Virus record (IMG/VR): IMGVR_UViG_3300032782_000001
Span: 124,001 to 188,000 of that record
Direction: 5' to 3' (one strand)
Length of the DNA stretch: 64,000 nucleotides
The notes under the pieces are model-generated. The model searched no databases. It was not told the origin of the DNA and was given only the letters and a program-made list of their open reading frames with translations. Below, in pieces: positions 1-8,861 of this stretch (position 1 is its first letter; each line of letters starts with the position of its first letter). The translations under genes and the position numbers were made by a program.

Positions 1-149
1 ATTTCTATCGAGATATCGAACGTCATGTTAATTCCCGTTCGTTGAATCTCTTCATTAACTGTAGTCAGTCCAAGACTGAAGAGCTTCGAGCACGAGTGAT
101 GATGTATCCTCCTCCTCGAGCATAAATCGACCTGAAGGTCGAGTATGTA

Positions 150-1442
150 TTGGGACTCATGGGAATGTACGAAGAAGCTTCCAAGCGGAAGGCGCTCGCT
201 GTCAGGGCTCTTCGTTCTCTTCTTGTAAGTCAGAAACCCCTTGAAATGGATGCTATTTTCATGCTTCCAGGGGAAGCTTATGAACGTCGAGATTCTCCCA
301 ATCGGGCCTGGCAGAACGAATTCATGGCTTCTTTGATCGGAAGCGGGATTGTTCAAGAGCACTCGAAAAATAAGGGACGATCCATGTTTGTCTTAAAGAA
401 CCCGGATCGTGTTATCCAGCTCTTGAAAGACGAAAACGCGGGTGGTGATGAGTTAGCAGAACTCGTCACCGAGACGTCTGAAAATGCTCAGTGGTCTAAG
501 ACCGGACAGTCTAACGTCACTCGGACAGCTAAGGGGATCCCTCTTACCAGCAAACCATTTCATAATCTTCCCAGTCTTCTCAAGACGCCAGAATCCACTA
601 AGACTAATGTAAACGTCACTGTATTCGGCCTCAACGATGATATGAATGTGGAAACTGAAGACGGAGGGAAATTCGAGACTGAGGAAGAGACTGAGGAGAC
701 TGAAGAATCAGATGACGAATCTGAGACTTCAGGAAATGAAGTTCCGCCAACTTATCAGTGGCCTACTGTCATTCTTGATTATGTTGAAGCCACTAATAAG
801 CAATATGTTTCCACTTCAGAGATCGCAGTTCACGCTCTCAAGTTTTCGCCTTCCAACGTCAACGTTTCTGTCCTGAGAGCCATTGGCGGAGTGCTTCGCA
901 ATAATGGTTGGCGAAATGGGAAATCTAAACCTAATGATGGTTCTAGGCCTATAAGGATTTGGATCCGAAAGGGTTCGCCGGATCCTCAAAACTATGACCT
1001 TCCCGGTTCTTCCCATTCAGAGTATGAGACCGAATCTAACTCACGTGATTCCATTGTTCCGACAGCGATTCCTGGTGTTCAAACCATCACTCAGACCAGT
1101 CTTGATTCTATTCAGAATACTCTTTCTGAACTTCAAGATCTGCAGGCTAGGGTATGTGAGAATCTAATCTACGTCAGGGATAGTGTAAACACTCTTCACG
1201 ATAGAATGGAAAGTCTGGAAACTAAACTGGACAGATTGGAAGCCGATAGAAGCACGGATCTAGACTCTGCTCTTGTAAATTCCATGCGTAAAGAAGTAAG
1301 GGCAGCAATGGAAGAGGCAGTAAGTCAGATTGAGACCGGGCGTTCGGCACGCGCCATGGCTGCTGCAGGGAAACTGTCCAGCGAAATCGCAAGTCTCCGC
1401 GATCTCATTCAAAACGCGATGGACGGAGACGAAGATGAATGA
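150..1442 (+). CDS. Hypothetical protein (acidic tract, possible winged-helix region, C-terminal coiled coil)
   Basis: 430-aa ORF; E/D-rich tract, heptad-rich C-terminus; stop overlaps next start. Confidence 0.6.
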   Translation: MGLMGMYEEASKRKALAVRALRSLLVSQKPLEMDAIFMLPGEAYERRDSPNRAWQNEFMASLIGSGIVQEHSKNKGRSMFVLKNPDRVIQLLKDENAGGDELAELVTETSENAQWSKTGQSNVTRTAKGIPLTSKPFHNLPSLLKTPESTKTNVNVTVFGLNDDMNVETEDGGKFETEEETEETEESDDESETSGNEVPPTYQWPTVILDYVEATNKQYVSTSEIAVHALKFSPSNVNVSVLRAIGGVLRNNGWRNGKSKPNDGSRPIRIWIRKGSPDPQNYDLPGSSHSEYETESNSRDSIVPTAIPGVQTITQTSLDSIQNTLSELQDLQARVCENLIYVRDSVNTLHDRMESLETKLDRLEADRSTDLDSALVNSMRKEVRAAMEEAVSQIETGRSARAMAAAGKLSSEIASLRDLIQNAMDGDEDE

Positions 1443-2385
1443 TTTGACCAAAATGATTTCCTCTTACAAGGGGAACTCCAAATCAATGACGGAAAGACAG
1501 AAAGCAGAGCTGGAGAGTCAACTCTGGGCGAGTTATACCGCCTCTTCCGGTAAATCTTCAAATGGTTCCAGTCGAGAATGGTTGGTGACTGTTCTTGGTG
1601 GGAAGAGTAGGGATTATGAACTTCGTTTCACCTTGTGGAACGCTGGTGAATGGGTACAGCCACTATGGGATTTACTTGAAAACGGAATGCCGAGAACCAC
1701 TGCCGTTCGACTCATGCGAGAGGCGCGCAGTAATGCATCTCTGAATCGGGTATCTCTCGCCGTATCTTTGCAGGCTGTGCTCGCCGCGTACAATGAATCA
1801 GGGTACGAAGCACGAACCCCGGAGGGGAAGACTTACAGGCGGACATCTCCTGGTCAGAAGTCTCAACAAGAAACGGAGTCGGAATCAAATCCTATCTTTG
1901 ATTCCGATCAGTTCCAGATCACCAGGTCCAAAAAGTTCCGAGATAAGCTCGTGGCTCTGACGAGCGAATATGTTAGGACTAGTCTTACTGATTATCCCAA
2001 CATCGATGTCATCGAGGCTCGTAGGGCCGTAGACGATTTCACAAGCTTTGTTCGCGAAGCTTGTGAAGATTTGCGCCGGAAGATCTCAGTAATGAGGTCT
2101 GAAGGTCGCAAGGATAGTAAACGTCAAAAGGTGACTAGAGACCAGCTTCGCCATGCGTGTGAAGTCCTAGGCATTTCTGTAATTTACGGACACGTGCCAG
2201 ACCTTAGAGTGGCTAAAAGGGCCATGCTTAAACGAGCTCGCGAACTCCATCCCGACAGGCACGGAGGTTCGGAAAAAACTCGTGCAGAGTACCAGGCCGT
2301 CATTGAATCTTATGGAGTGATCGAAACTTACGAGAAAGGACTGACCGTTCATGCGAATGGAGATCGTAGCAATGAAGTCCGCTAA
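1435..2385 (+). CDS. Protein with C-terminal J-domain
   Basis: ACEVLGI...ARELHPDRHGG...YQAVIESY with HPD motif; ATG 1435 overlaps upstream stop. Confidence 0.7.
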   Translation: MNDLTKMISSYKGNSKSMTERQKAELESQLWASYTASSGKSSNGSSREWLVTVLGGKSRDYELRFTLWNAGEWVQPLWDLLENGMPRTTAVRLMREARSNASLNRVSLAVSLQAVLAAYNESGYEARTPEGKTYRRTSPGQKSQQETESESNPIFDSDQFQITRSKKFRDKLVALTSEYVRTSLTDYPNIDVIEARRAVDDFTSFVREACEDLRRKISVMRSEGRKDSKRQKVTRDQLRHACEVLGISVIYGHVPDLRVAKRAMLKRARELHPDRHGGSEKTRAEYQAVIESYGVIETYEKGLTVHANGDRSNEVR

Positions 2386-2947
2386 CCGCAACCCGCCTCC
2401 TGCGCCGCCCCCGGCTCACAGGAAGTCTGTCAACTTCGAAGATTTCATCCCCGATCGGAATCTGAGTGAAGTCCAAAGGGCTGCCCAGTTCCTTTTTTGG
2501 GCAGCGGAGAATATGCCGAAGCGTTTCGTCCCATTCGTATGGATCGCGAAATACGCCTACATCAAACCTAAGTTGCCTCGTTCCGATTCGGCAGAGGTAA
2601 CTTTGATCCGTCAAAAGAAGATGGACCAGATCAAGCGTGTTCTGTGGACCGAGTATAAGCGGCGCACGGTATCCGCTCCTCGGAATTCTGAGCCAGGAGT
2701 CCGAGCGACTTACGATCACGACGACATGGCCAATACCGACCTTGTGCGTCGGAGGCGTCATGTGGCCAGCAGCATCAAGCAGATGGCTGACACTCACGCG
2801 GCTATCGATCCGGAACAGATGAATGACGCGTTGGCTAAGGCCATGGTCTTGGATATGAAACCGATCGTCAAGAAACTCAACACTCCCGATCTTATTCGGA
2901 GGTTGGAACTTCCTCCCCACAAGAAAAAGAAGGAAGATGATAAATGA
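2351..2947 (+). CDS. Hypothetical basic protein
   Basis: 198-aa ORF in co-oriented operon. Confidence 0.6.
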   Translation: MRMEIVAMKSANRNPPPAPPPAHRKSVNFEDFIPDRNLSEVQRAAQFLFWAAENMPKRFVPFVWIAKYAYIKPKLPRSDSAEVTLIRQKKMDQIKRVLWTEYKRRTVSAPRNSEPGVRATYDHDDMANTDLVRRRRHVASSIKQMADTHAAIDPEQMNDALAKAMVLDMKPIVKKLNTPDLIRRLELPPHKKKKEDDK

Positions 2948-3303
2948 AAAAACTCTTCATCGTGGATGACGATGCGAATGTCCTCCGTGTCCATGTCAGA
3001 GCGCTTTCCAAACACCATCAGGTCACGGCTTCTTTGGATGCCGAAGATCTGATGGCTTCGCTACGGGCCGGTCATTCTTATGACGTCGTGGTTTCCGACG
3101 TTGAAATGCCAGGCATGTCGGGGAAGCAGCTTCTGGATGCTTTGCGCTCGGAATTCCCCAGCTATGAATCGAAATTGATTTTTGTAACTGGGGGAGCCGA
3201 CTCCAAAATCTTGGAGTCGCTCGGCACTAAGGCCATCATACTCTGGAAACCGGTCCCAGTGACTGAATTGTTGGAAGCAGTCCAAAACGTGAACGGATCT
3301 TGA
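2944..3303 (+). CDS. Stand-alone response regulator receiver (CheY-like)
   Basis: IVDDD, DVVVSDVEMPGMSG, FVTG, KP motifs. Confidence 0.9.
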   Translation: MKKLFIVDDDANVLRVHVRALSKHHQVTASLDAEDLMASLRAGHSYDVVVSDVEMPGMSGKQLLDALRSEFPSYESKLIFVTGGADSKILESLGTKAIILWKPVPVTELLEAVQNVNGS

Positions 3304-3716
3304 AACCGATTCCGACAGTCGTCATTATCCAAGGGAAGGCTGTCAATCAGCATCATTTGGAATGCCCGGAGTGTGGATCCACAATGGAGCTCCGTGGAAT
3401 AAATGAGAAGCTCTATTATGTTTGTATTTCAGTAGGATGTAAAGGTATTCACGGGTCTCATCCGGATGGCAAACCTTTAGGCATTCCTGCTAAAGCTAAC
3501 ATCAGGAAGGCCAGATCTGCAGCCCATATTGCCTTCGATAGGATTTGGGAGCACAAGAAAATGACGCGCACTGAAGCGTATGCTTGGCTTTCCAAAATCA
3601 TGGGTGTTCAAGAGGCTCACATTGGTAACTTCGATGCCGAGCAATGCAGGAAAATTGTCACGACAGTCAAAACAGAATTCCCTGAGCTCTTCCCATTCAG
3701 CGACGACATCCCATGA
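3300..3716 (+). CDS. Zinc-finger protein (DUF3268-like)
   Basis: CPECG..., HPDGKPLG, AHIAFDRIW, AYAWL, HIGNFD..QC. Confidence 0.75.
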   Translation: MKPIPTVVIIQGKAVNQHHLECPECGSTMELRGINEKLYYVCISVGCKGIHGSHPDGKPLGIPAKANIRKARSAAHIAFDRIWEHKKMTRTEAYAWLSKIMGVQEAHIGNFDAEQCRKIVTTVKTEFPELFPFSDDIP

Positions 3717-4539
3717 ACCCTGGTGGGTTTATATGGTTCGATGTTCAGATAACACATTTTATACAGGCATCACGAACAACATTCCAAAGCGAATTGAGAA
3801 ACATGACGACGGGAAAGGTGCCAAATACACACGCGGGCGTGGGCCCGTGACCTTGGTTTGGGCTCGAAAATTCCAAAGCAAGTCTGAAGCTTTAACTGAA
3901 GAAGCGCGCGTCAAGAAACTCTCAAGATTTACAAAAGAATCCATGGCTCCTTGGTGGTGCCATACTCCCAGTCTTCGAAAGAAGAATATTCTCTTTCAAG
4001 CATTCATTGAAGTGAATGCTAAATATGAGCAAAAAACGAAAGGGAAACTTATTGGATCCCCTTCTATCAGGAAGGAATTATTCAATACATATTCCAGGGC
4101 GGTGCCAACTGAAGAGGCACTCCGTGCTATTGTGAGACTCTCTCCCCTTGTGGAAATGGGTGCCGGCACTGGATACTGGGCTTCTCTCTTGAATCATTTA
4201 GGAGCGGATATCATTGCATATGACAGAATTGATTCAGTTAACCTTTGGCACACCGGACCGACTCGATTCTTTGATGTCAAAAACGGTTCTCCCGAATCTT
4301 TGTTGAATCATTCGGATCGTTCTCTTTTCCTTTGCTGGCCTCCTGCCGACAGCAAGATGGCTGTGGAATGTCTTCGGAATTGGAAAGGACGGGAATTAGC
4401 TTACGTGGGAGATTTCAATGGATTAACTGGAGATCAGGAATTCTATGACGTTTTGCGTCGAGATTTCGTTCTCACACAGACCATTGAAATCCCGCAGTGG
4501 GCGGGGGCAGAAGATTACTTAACTATCTGGCAAAAATGA
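3712..4539 (+). CDS. GIY-YIG nuclease fused to SAM-methyltransferase-like domain (start uncertain)
   Basis: WVYMVRCSDNTFYTGIT...GKGAKYTRGRGP then VEMGAGTGYWA and LFLCWPP. Confidence 0.75.
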   Translation, partial: HEPWWVYMVRCSDNTFYTGITNNIPKRIEKHDDGKGAKYTRGRGPVTLVWARKFQSKSEALTEEARVKKLSRFTKESMAPWWCHTPSLRKKNILFQAFIEVNAKYEQKTKGKLIGSPSIRKELFNTYSRAVPTEEALRAIVRLSPLVEMGAGTGYWASLLNHLGADIIAYDRIDSVNLWHTGPTRFFDVKNGSPESLLNHSDRSLFLCWPPADSKMAVECLRNWKGRELAYVGDFNGLTGDQEFYDVLRRDFVLTQTIEIPQWAGAEDYLTIWQK

Positions 4540-4564
4540 TTCATCCTCCAGCGTAATGTGACTC

Positions 4565-4897
4565 ATGAAGCCTGATCAGATCATTTCGCTCACCGAGAAA
4601 TACGAAGAAGCTTTCCGGCGCGTCGGTACCAGGCCTAAGGAGATCGACAGGAGCATTACGCCTCCTGGTATGCAGAAGGCATGCGAACACGCAATGTGGA
4701 TGCTCCCTAAGATCCGGGAGATCCTCCAGGAGGGAAAGCATGCGAAAGCTGAAAGGTGGTTTTGTTTCGTACAGAGCGTTATGTGGCAGGCAGGATTCTT
4801 CAGCATCAATGATATGCGTGATCACAACCGGACCCCCGAAGAGGAAAAACCTGTTAGCCCGAATCCGGATGCCTGTTCTAATATCCTTGAAGATTAG
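4565..4897 (+). CDS. Hypothetical protein
   Basis: 110-aa ORF preceded by gTAATGT-N5-ATG. Confidence 0.6.
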   Translation: MKPDQIISLTEKYEEAFRRVGTRPKEIDRSITPPGMQKACEHAMWMLPKIREILQEGKHAKAERWFCFVQSVMWQAGFFSINDMRDHNRTPEEEKPVSPNPDACSNILED

Positions 4898-5325
4898 CTG
4901 TCCATTACCTCCGTCGCAATCTTGGACATGTCAGCGTTAGCCTCAAGCAGGACCCACAAGACGCGGGCATCTGCCGCTACCATAAATTTCTCGTGTCGCC
5001 AATCCTGGCAGTACCAGTCATAACCTTCGTAAGTTTTCTTTCGTTCTCCTTGATGGAGACGGGTCCTACAAGGACGTACTTGCAGCATTACATGTCCGTT
5101 ACTAAGTTCAGGGAGAACTTCGAAATGGAGCATGGCGATAGTCGTGGAAGTCGGGTTTGAAGAATAATCTTTGTGCTCGGATGTTGACCATTTCACCCAA
5201 AAACGGTTACCACCACTGCAATGAATATGGATATGGTAGGAACAAAATTCAACGGATGCTTTTAGCCTGTCAAATTCTTGGATCAGGTGAGAAATTACTG
5301 AGTCATGTAGCTCACTGAACATCAT
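4894..5325 (-). CDS. Hypothetical protein with VMDS C-terminal tag
   Basis: Ends TEVMDS*; start set at 5325 from gTATTAT-N5-ATG, which also avoids overlap with the divergent RF gene. Confidence 0.6.
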   Translation of the reverse strand: MMFSELHDSVISHLIQEFDRLKASVEFCSYHIHIHCSGGNRFWVKWSTSEHKDYSSNPTSTTIAMLHFEVLPELSNGHVMLQVRPCRTRLHQGERKKTYEGYDWYCQDWRHEKFMVAADARVLWVLLEANADMSKIATEVMDS

Positions 5326-5374
5326 TCCAGATAATACGTTCAGACTTTGCTGTAAAATGAATCCGGAGGTTTCC

Positions 5375-6041
5375 ATGTCAGTTATTGTAGAGATCAGGGC
5401 CGCCGAAGGCGGAGATGACGCCAAACTCCTCGTTGAGGATCAACTCCGAGTCTATGCGCGCCGCGCGGTTCGGAGGGGTCTTTGACCTTGAAGTAACCGA
5501 ACGCCTTCCGGGCCTCGTCGTCTTCCGGTTAACCGGTAAAGGTGCAGACGAAGCTTGGAAGGATGAAGCCGGTGGACACCGCTGGCAAAGGATTCCCCCA
5601 ACCGAAAAAAGGGGTCGAGTCCAAACGAGCACTGTGACAGTGGCAGTTTTGCCAGAGCCCACAGAAGCTCAGATCCGGATCGATCCGAGGGACATAGAAG
5701 CGTCCACTACTCGTGGATCTGGTCCTGGTGGTCAAAATCGAAATAAAGTGGAAACGTGTGTCATTTTGAAGCACATCCCTACGGGGCTAACTGTTCGTTG
5801 TGAATCTGAGAGATCACAACATCAGAATCGAGCTATTGCCCTGGCACTCCTCCGGGCCAGATTATGGGACGCTGCACAGAAGCAGGCCATTGGAGCTCGT
5901 GATGATAACCGGAAACGTCAAATTGGATCCGGAATGCGTGGAGACAAGAGAAGAACAATTCGATGCCAGGATGGGATAGTCAACGATCACTTGACTGGAA
6001 GACACTGGAACTTCAAAGAATATGAGCGCGGTGACTGGTAA
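5375..6041 (+). CDS. Peptide chain release factor (RF1-like, lacks domain 1), expressed via +1 frameshift at CTT-TGA 5480-5485; about 221 aa
   Basis: SD GGAGGT 5365-70; frame 0 MSVIVEIRAAEGGDDA...RRGL*; +1 frame continues DLEV...GGHRWQRIPPTEKRGRVQTS...GPGGQNRNK...ERSQHQNR. Confidence 0.88.
5472..5486 (+). promoter_or_regulatory. prfB-type programmed +1 frameshift cassette
   Basis: GGAGG-GGT-CTT-TGA-C: internal SD, 3-nt spacer, CUU-UGA-C, as in bacterial prfB. Confidence 0.88.
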
Positions 6042-6404
6042 CTAGCGCTTCATCAAGAAACTCAAAGCCTTATTGTGGAAAGTGACGAGACCTTTACCGG
6101 CCTCGTCTCTCTCTGCAGTTCCGTGGTCGGAAACCAGCCATTTACAGAGGACTTCTCGAGCTTCCACAGCCATGGCCTTTGCTTCATCATCTTCTATTTT
6201 ATCCAGAATATCAATGGTCTCCTCGATCATACCCTGGAAAATAGAATAGGTTCCAGAGATCTTACTCATTCGCTGGCGAAAACTTCGCCAGTTCACTTGC
6301 TGGGTAGAATCTTGGAAACCCTCGGTGCACCAATGACATATGGCGTCGGATTCACCTCCGCAGGCCTCGCAAACCCTAGGTGTATCTGCCGGATCGTCCA
6401 TCAC
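6042..6404 (-). CDS. Hypothetical protein, N-terminal Zn ribbon
   Basis: CEACG...CHWC. Confidence 0.55.
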   Translation of the reverse strand: MMDDPADTPRVCEACGGESDAICHWCTEGFQDSTQQVNWRSFRQRMSKISGTYSIFQGMIEETIDILDKIEDDEAKAMAVEAREVLCKWLVSDHGTAERDEAGKGLVTFHNKALSFLMKR

Positions 6405-6441
6405 AAACTACAGAAGACAAAAGGTCGTTCAAGTGGACGAT

Positions 6442-6942
6442 TTATTTCTTGGCTTTGTCTTCGACTGCCTTGAAATCCGGGGGTATGACAACCGCTGTCT
6501 GCGGATTCATAGAAGGAAGGGGAGGCGGAACAGGAGCAGTAATAACTGGCTTCGGTTTCGGCTTGAGTTTATTCCCTACCGCAGGCGGTGCTGGATGGGG
6601 CGTTCCTGCAGGTGGTTCAGTGGTGGGTTCCGCGGATGCTGCAGCCATGGCTTCTTTGCGAACTTCCCGATCCTTTTTTAGGTATTCGTGAAGCGCTTTA
6701 ATGTCTTCGTTCGTCTTCAAATTTGCTTCAGACAAGTTGGAAATGGACTTCGAGAGCTCTTCATAACTTGCCTTCTGAAGAGAGGTATCCATGGTTTTTA
6801 CGAGCGCAGTGACGGCAGTAATGAGAGCCGTCAGAGCAGTAATCACAACTGCTACTGCTTTGGCCCTAGCGTAGAAATTTTTAGCCTCCGGAGGAATGCT
6901 TTCCTTGGCAGAATCGGGGCCTGAAATTTCTATCTGATTCAT
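6442..6942 (-). CDS. Membrane-anchored coiled-coil protein with Pro-rich tail
   Basis: Hydrophobic segment AVAVVITALTALITAVTALV, then coiled coil. Confidence 0.6.
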   Translation of the reverse strand: MNQIEISGPDSAKESIPPEAKNFYARAKAVAVVITALTALITAVTALVKTMDTSLQKASYEELSKSISNLSEANLKTNEDIKALHEYLKKDREVRKEAMAAASAEPTTEPPAGTPHPAPPAVGNKLKPKPKPVITAPVPPPLPSMNPQTAVVIPPDFKAVEDKAKK

Positions 6943-6973
6943 ATTAGACCCCGCCCATTAGACGTCTCTAATA

Positions 6974-7013
6974 CCTACGACCGCGGAAATTGTGAAATTT
7001 CCGCGGTCGTAGG
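6974..7013. terminator. Perfect 18-bp hairpin, probable terminator of the histone-like gene
   Basis: CCTACGACCGCGGAAATT-GTGA-AATTTCCGCGGTCGTAGG. Confidence 0.7.
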
Positions 7014-7025
7014 AGCCACCTAGCT

Positions 7026-7130
7026 TTACTTCTTGGCTGCCTTCTTGGCTGCCTTCTTCGCGGGCTTTTTGGCTGCCTTCTTCGCGGGCTTCTTTGCGGC
7101 CTTCTTGGCTGCCTTCTTTGCGGTTGCCAT
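7026..7130 (-). CDS. 34-aa histone H1-like Lys/Ala repeat peptide (not in ORF track)
   Basis: MATAKKAAKKAAKKPAKKAAKKPAKKAAKKAAKK*; SD GAGG; downstream hairpin. Confidence 0.8.
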   Translation of the reverse strand: MATAKKAAKKAAKKPAKKAAKKPAKKAAKKAAKK

Positions 7131-7199
7131 GATTTCCTCTGGGTTTGATGGAGTGATGTCTGAAGGCCAATGCATTCAGACAGAGAATCTAGTTGATAG

Positions 7200-7661
7200 C
7201 TAGATCCCTACAGGAGTGTCCGAAGGTTCAATGAGCCGACGGAATTCCTCCCGGAGTTCTTTGTACATTACGAGTGTGCCTGTATAAACACGACACAACC
7301 CTAGAGAATCAGCTTGACAATAACATAAGAACCCGACTTGCCTATCGACGGGGTTCGCGAATTTCCTGAACCCTGGATGGCTACCGTGCTCCATTAGGGC
7401 AGTTTCCATCGCTTCTGCACTGATAGAATAGTCTACTTTAGGAGTCATTTTCTTCCCGAAAGGATAGAATGTGACTCGAATACCATCTTCATCCGCTTCA
7501 GTCCAATTCCCGGCAAAATTATCCGGCTTTGGATGGAAAGCTACGAAAGCGACACGCCCGAATTCCGGCCTATCATAAGGAATTATCGTCCTTCCACTAA
7601 TCCGAAGCTGCTCGGATCTTGAATTAAGATCAGCCAGACTAATAACTAATTCAGTCTTCAT
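7200..7661 (-). CDS. Hypothetical protein
   Basis: 153-aa ORF; gTAGCGT-N5-ATG. Confidence 0.6.
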   Translation of the reverse strand: MKTELVISLADLNSRSEQLRISGRTIIPYDRPEFGRVAFVAFHPKPDNFAGNWTEADEDGIRVTFYPFGKKMTPKVDYSISAEAMETALMEHGSHPGFRKFANPVDRQVGFLCYCQADSLGLCRVYTGTLVMYKELREEFRRLIEPSDTPVGI

Positions 7662-7750
7662 AATTCACGCTACCAATTTTAGGCCTTTCTTGTTCTATTG
7701 GAAAGAAGCTCGTCCTGTGCGGCACCGGAGCCGCAGAAGGACGGAATCTC

Positions 7751-8032
7751 ATGGATAGGAAACTGGAGATCGGATCTGCCGTGGTATTCATCACGGCAGA
7801 GCGTGTGAAGGTTAACGCTCTCATCGAATACGTCCACCATAGTGGTAGCGTAGACGCTGAAGAGCACAGGCAGAAGTATGGAAACTGGCCGTGCGTGAAT
7901 TTGATGTTCCTGTCGCCGGATCCCAACAAGGTGGATCAGCATGGCAGGCAGAAGGAACGCGCCTCGTCAGTTTCTCACGGCAGTGTCCAGGGGACTCCTC
8001 AGGGTTACTGTTGGCTTTGGCCTGACGAGTAA
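7751..8032 (+). CDS. Hypothetical protein
   Basis: 93-aa ORF ending CWLWPDE; purine-rich leader. Confidence 0.6.
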   Translation: MDRKLEIGSAVVFITAERVKVNALIEYVHHSGSVDAEEHRQKYGNWPCVNLMFLSPDPNKVDQHGRQKERASSVSHGSVQGTPQGYCWLWPDE

Positions 8033-8102
8033 TCTTCCCGCCTTCGGTCGGTACCCAAAAGGCGCCGATGACCGGAGGTTCCGACGCCGCGCAGGGCGAG
8101 CT

Positions 8103-8834
8103 TCAAATGCCGGTGAGTTCGCACCACCGGTCTATCACCATTTGAGCGTATGCAATGGATGGCATTCCGTAGGCACCCAGAGAAAAGGCATCGTTTACTT
8201 CAACAACAAGTGTCTTTCCTTCCGACGTGACTCCGAGGTCCAGAGAATAAGCCACAGGCGCGCTTTTAAACGCCAGTACACATTTTTGCGCAATTTCAAA
8301 ATCCGGATATTTCGTGAAGTCACCTCGATAATGACGACAGTTCACAATCAGTCCTCGATGAATGAACAGTCTATATTCAGCCACGAAGTCCACCACATCA
8401 GAGGCTAAGATTTCGAATTCATCCGGGAATGAAGCCGTCTTGATAAGATCCCGGATTGCGCCACTCGTTACAAACCCTGTGAACGCTTTACCACTTTTGA
8501 GTGGCTTGATGAACATGTGATGATTATTTTCGAGACGCTCCCTAACATATTTCATGTTGGTTTCCCACATATGTCGACCATAAAATTCGCGAATTTCTTC
8601 GACAGGTCCGTGATCTAATGTAGGTTGCACAATTCCAAGTCTATCCAGAGCTCGACGCACAGGGCCGATCCATCCATGAACTAACGTCTCTTTGCGGAGT
8701 TCTAGTGAATCGATTTCCTCGGCCGTGAAAGGAATTGTTTCTATACCAAGCATATAACATCCATACCACAGGGAAAAAGCGGTCTCATTAATGAACTCAC
8801 CGTTTTTCTTCTGGATGTATGCGAGATCAATCAT
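8103..8834 (-). CDS. ATP-grasp domain protein (R2K/DUF4343-like)
   Basis: FIKP...KAFTG, EYRLF, YSLDLG, VEVNDAFSLGAYG. Confidence 0.8.
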   Translation of the reverse strand: MIDLAYIQKKNGEFINETAFSLWYGCYMLGIETIPFTAEEIDSLELRKETLVHGWIGPVRRALDRLGIVQPTLDHGPVEEIREFYGRHMWETNMKYVRERLENNHHMFIKPLKSGKAFTGFVTSGAIRDLIKTASFPDEFEILASDVVDFVAEYRLFIHRGLIVNCRHYRGDFTKYPDFEIAQKCVLAFKSAPVAYSLDLGVTSEGKTLVVEVNDAFSLGAYGMPSIAYAQMVIDRWCELTGI

Positions 8835-8861
8835 TAGACATGTTACAGCGTAAGATCTCGC

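Noticed and set aside
5415-5480. ORF-track N-terminus MTPNSSLR... of the release factor
   Set aside because: No RF similarity; the homologous N-terminus with an SD is in the other frame from 5375
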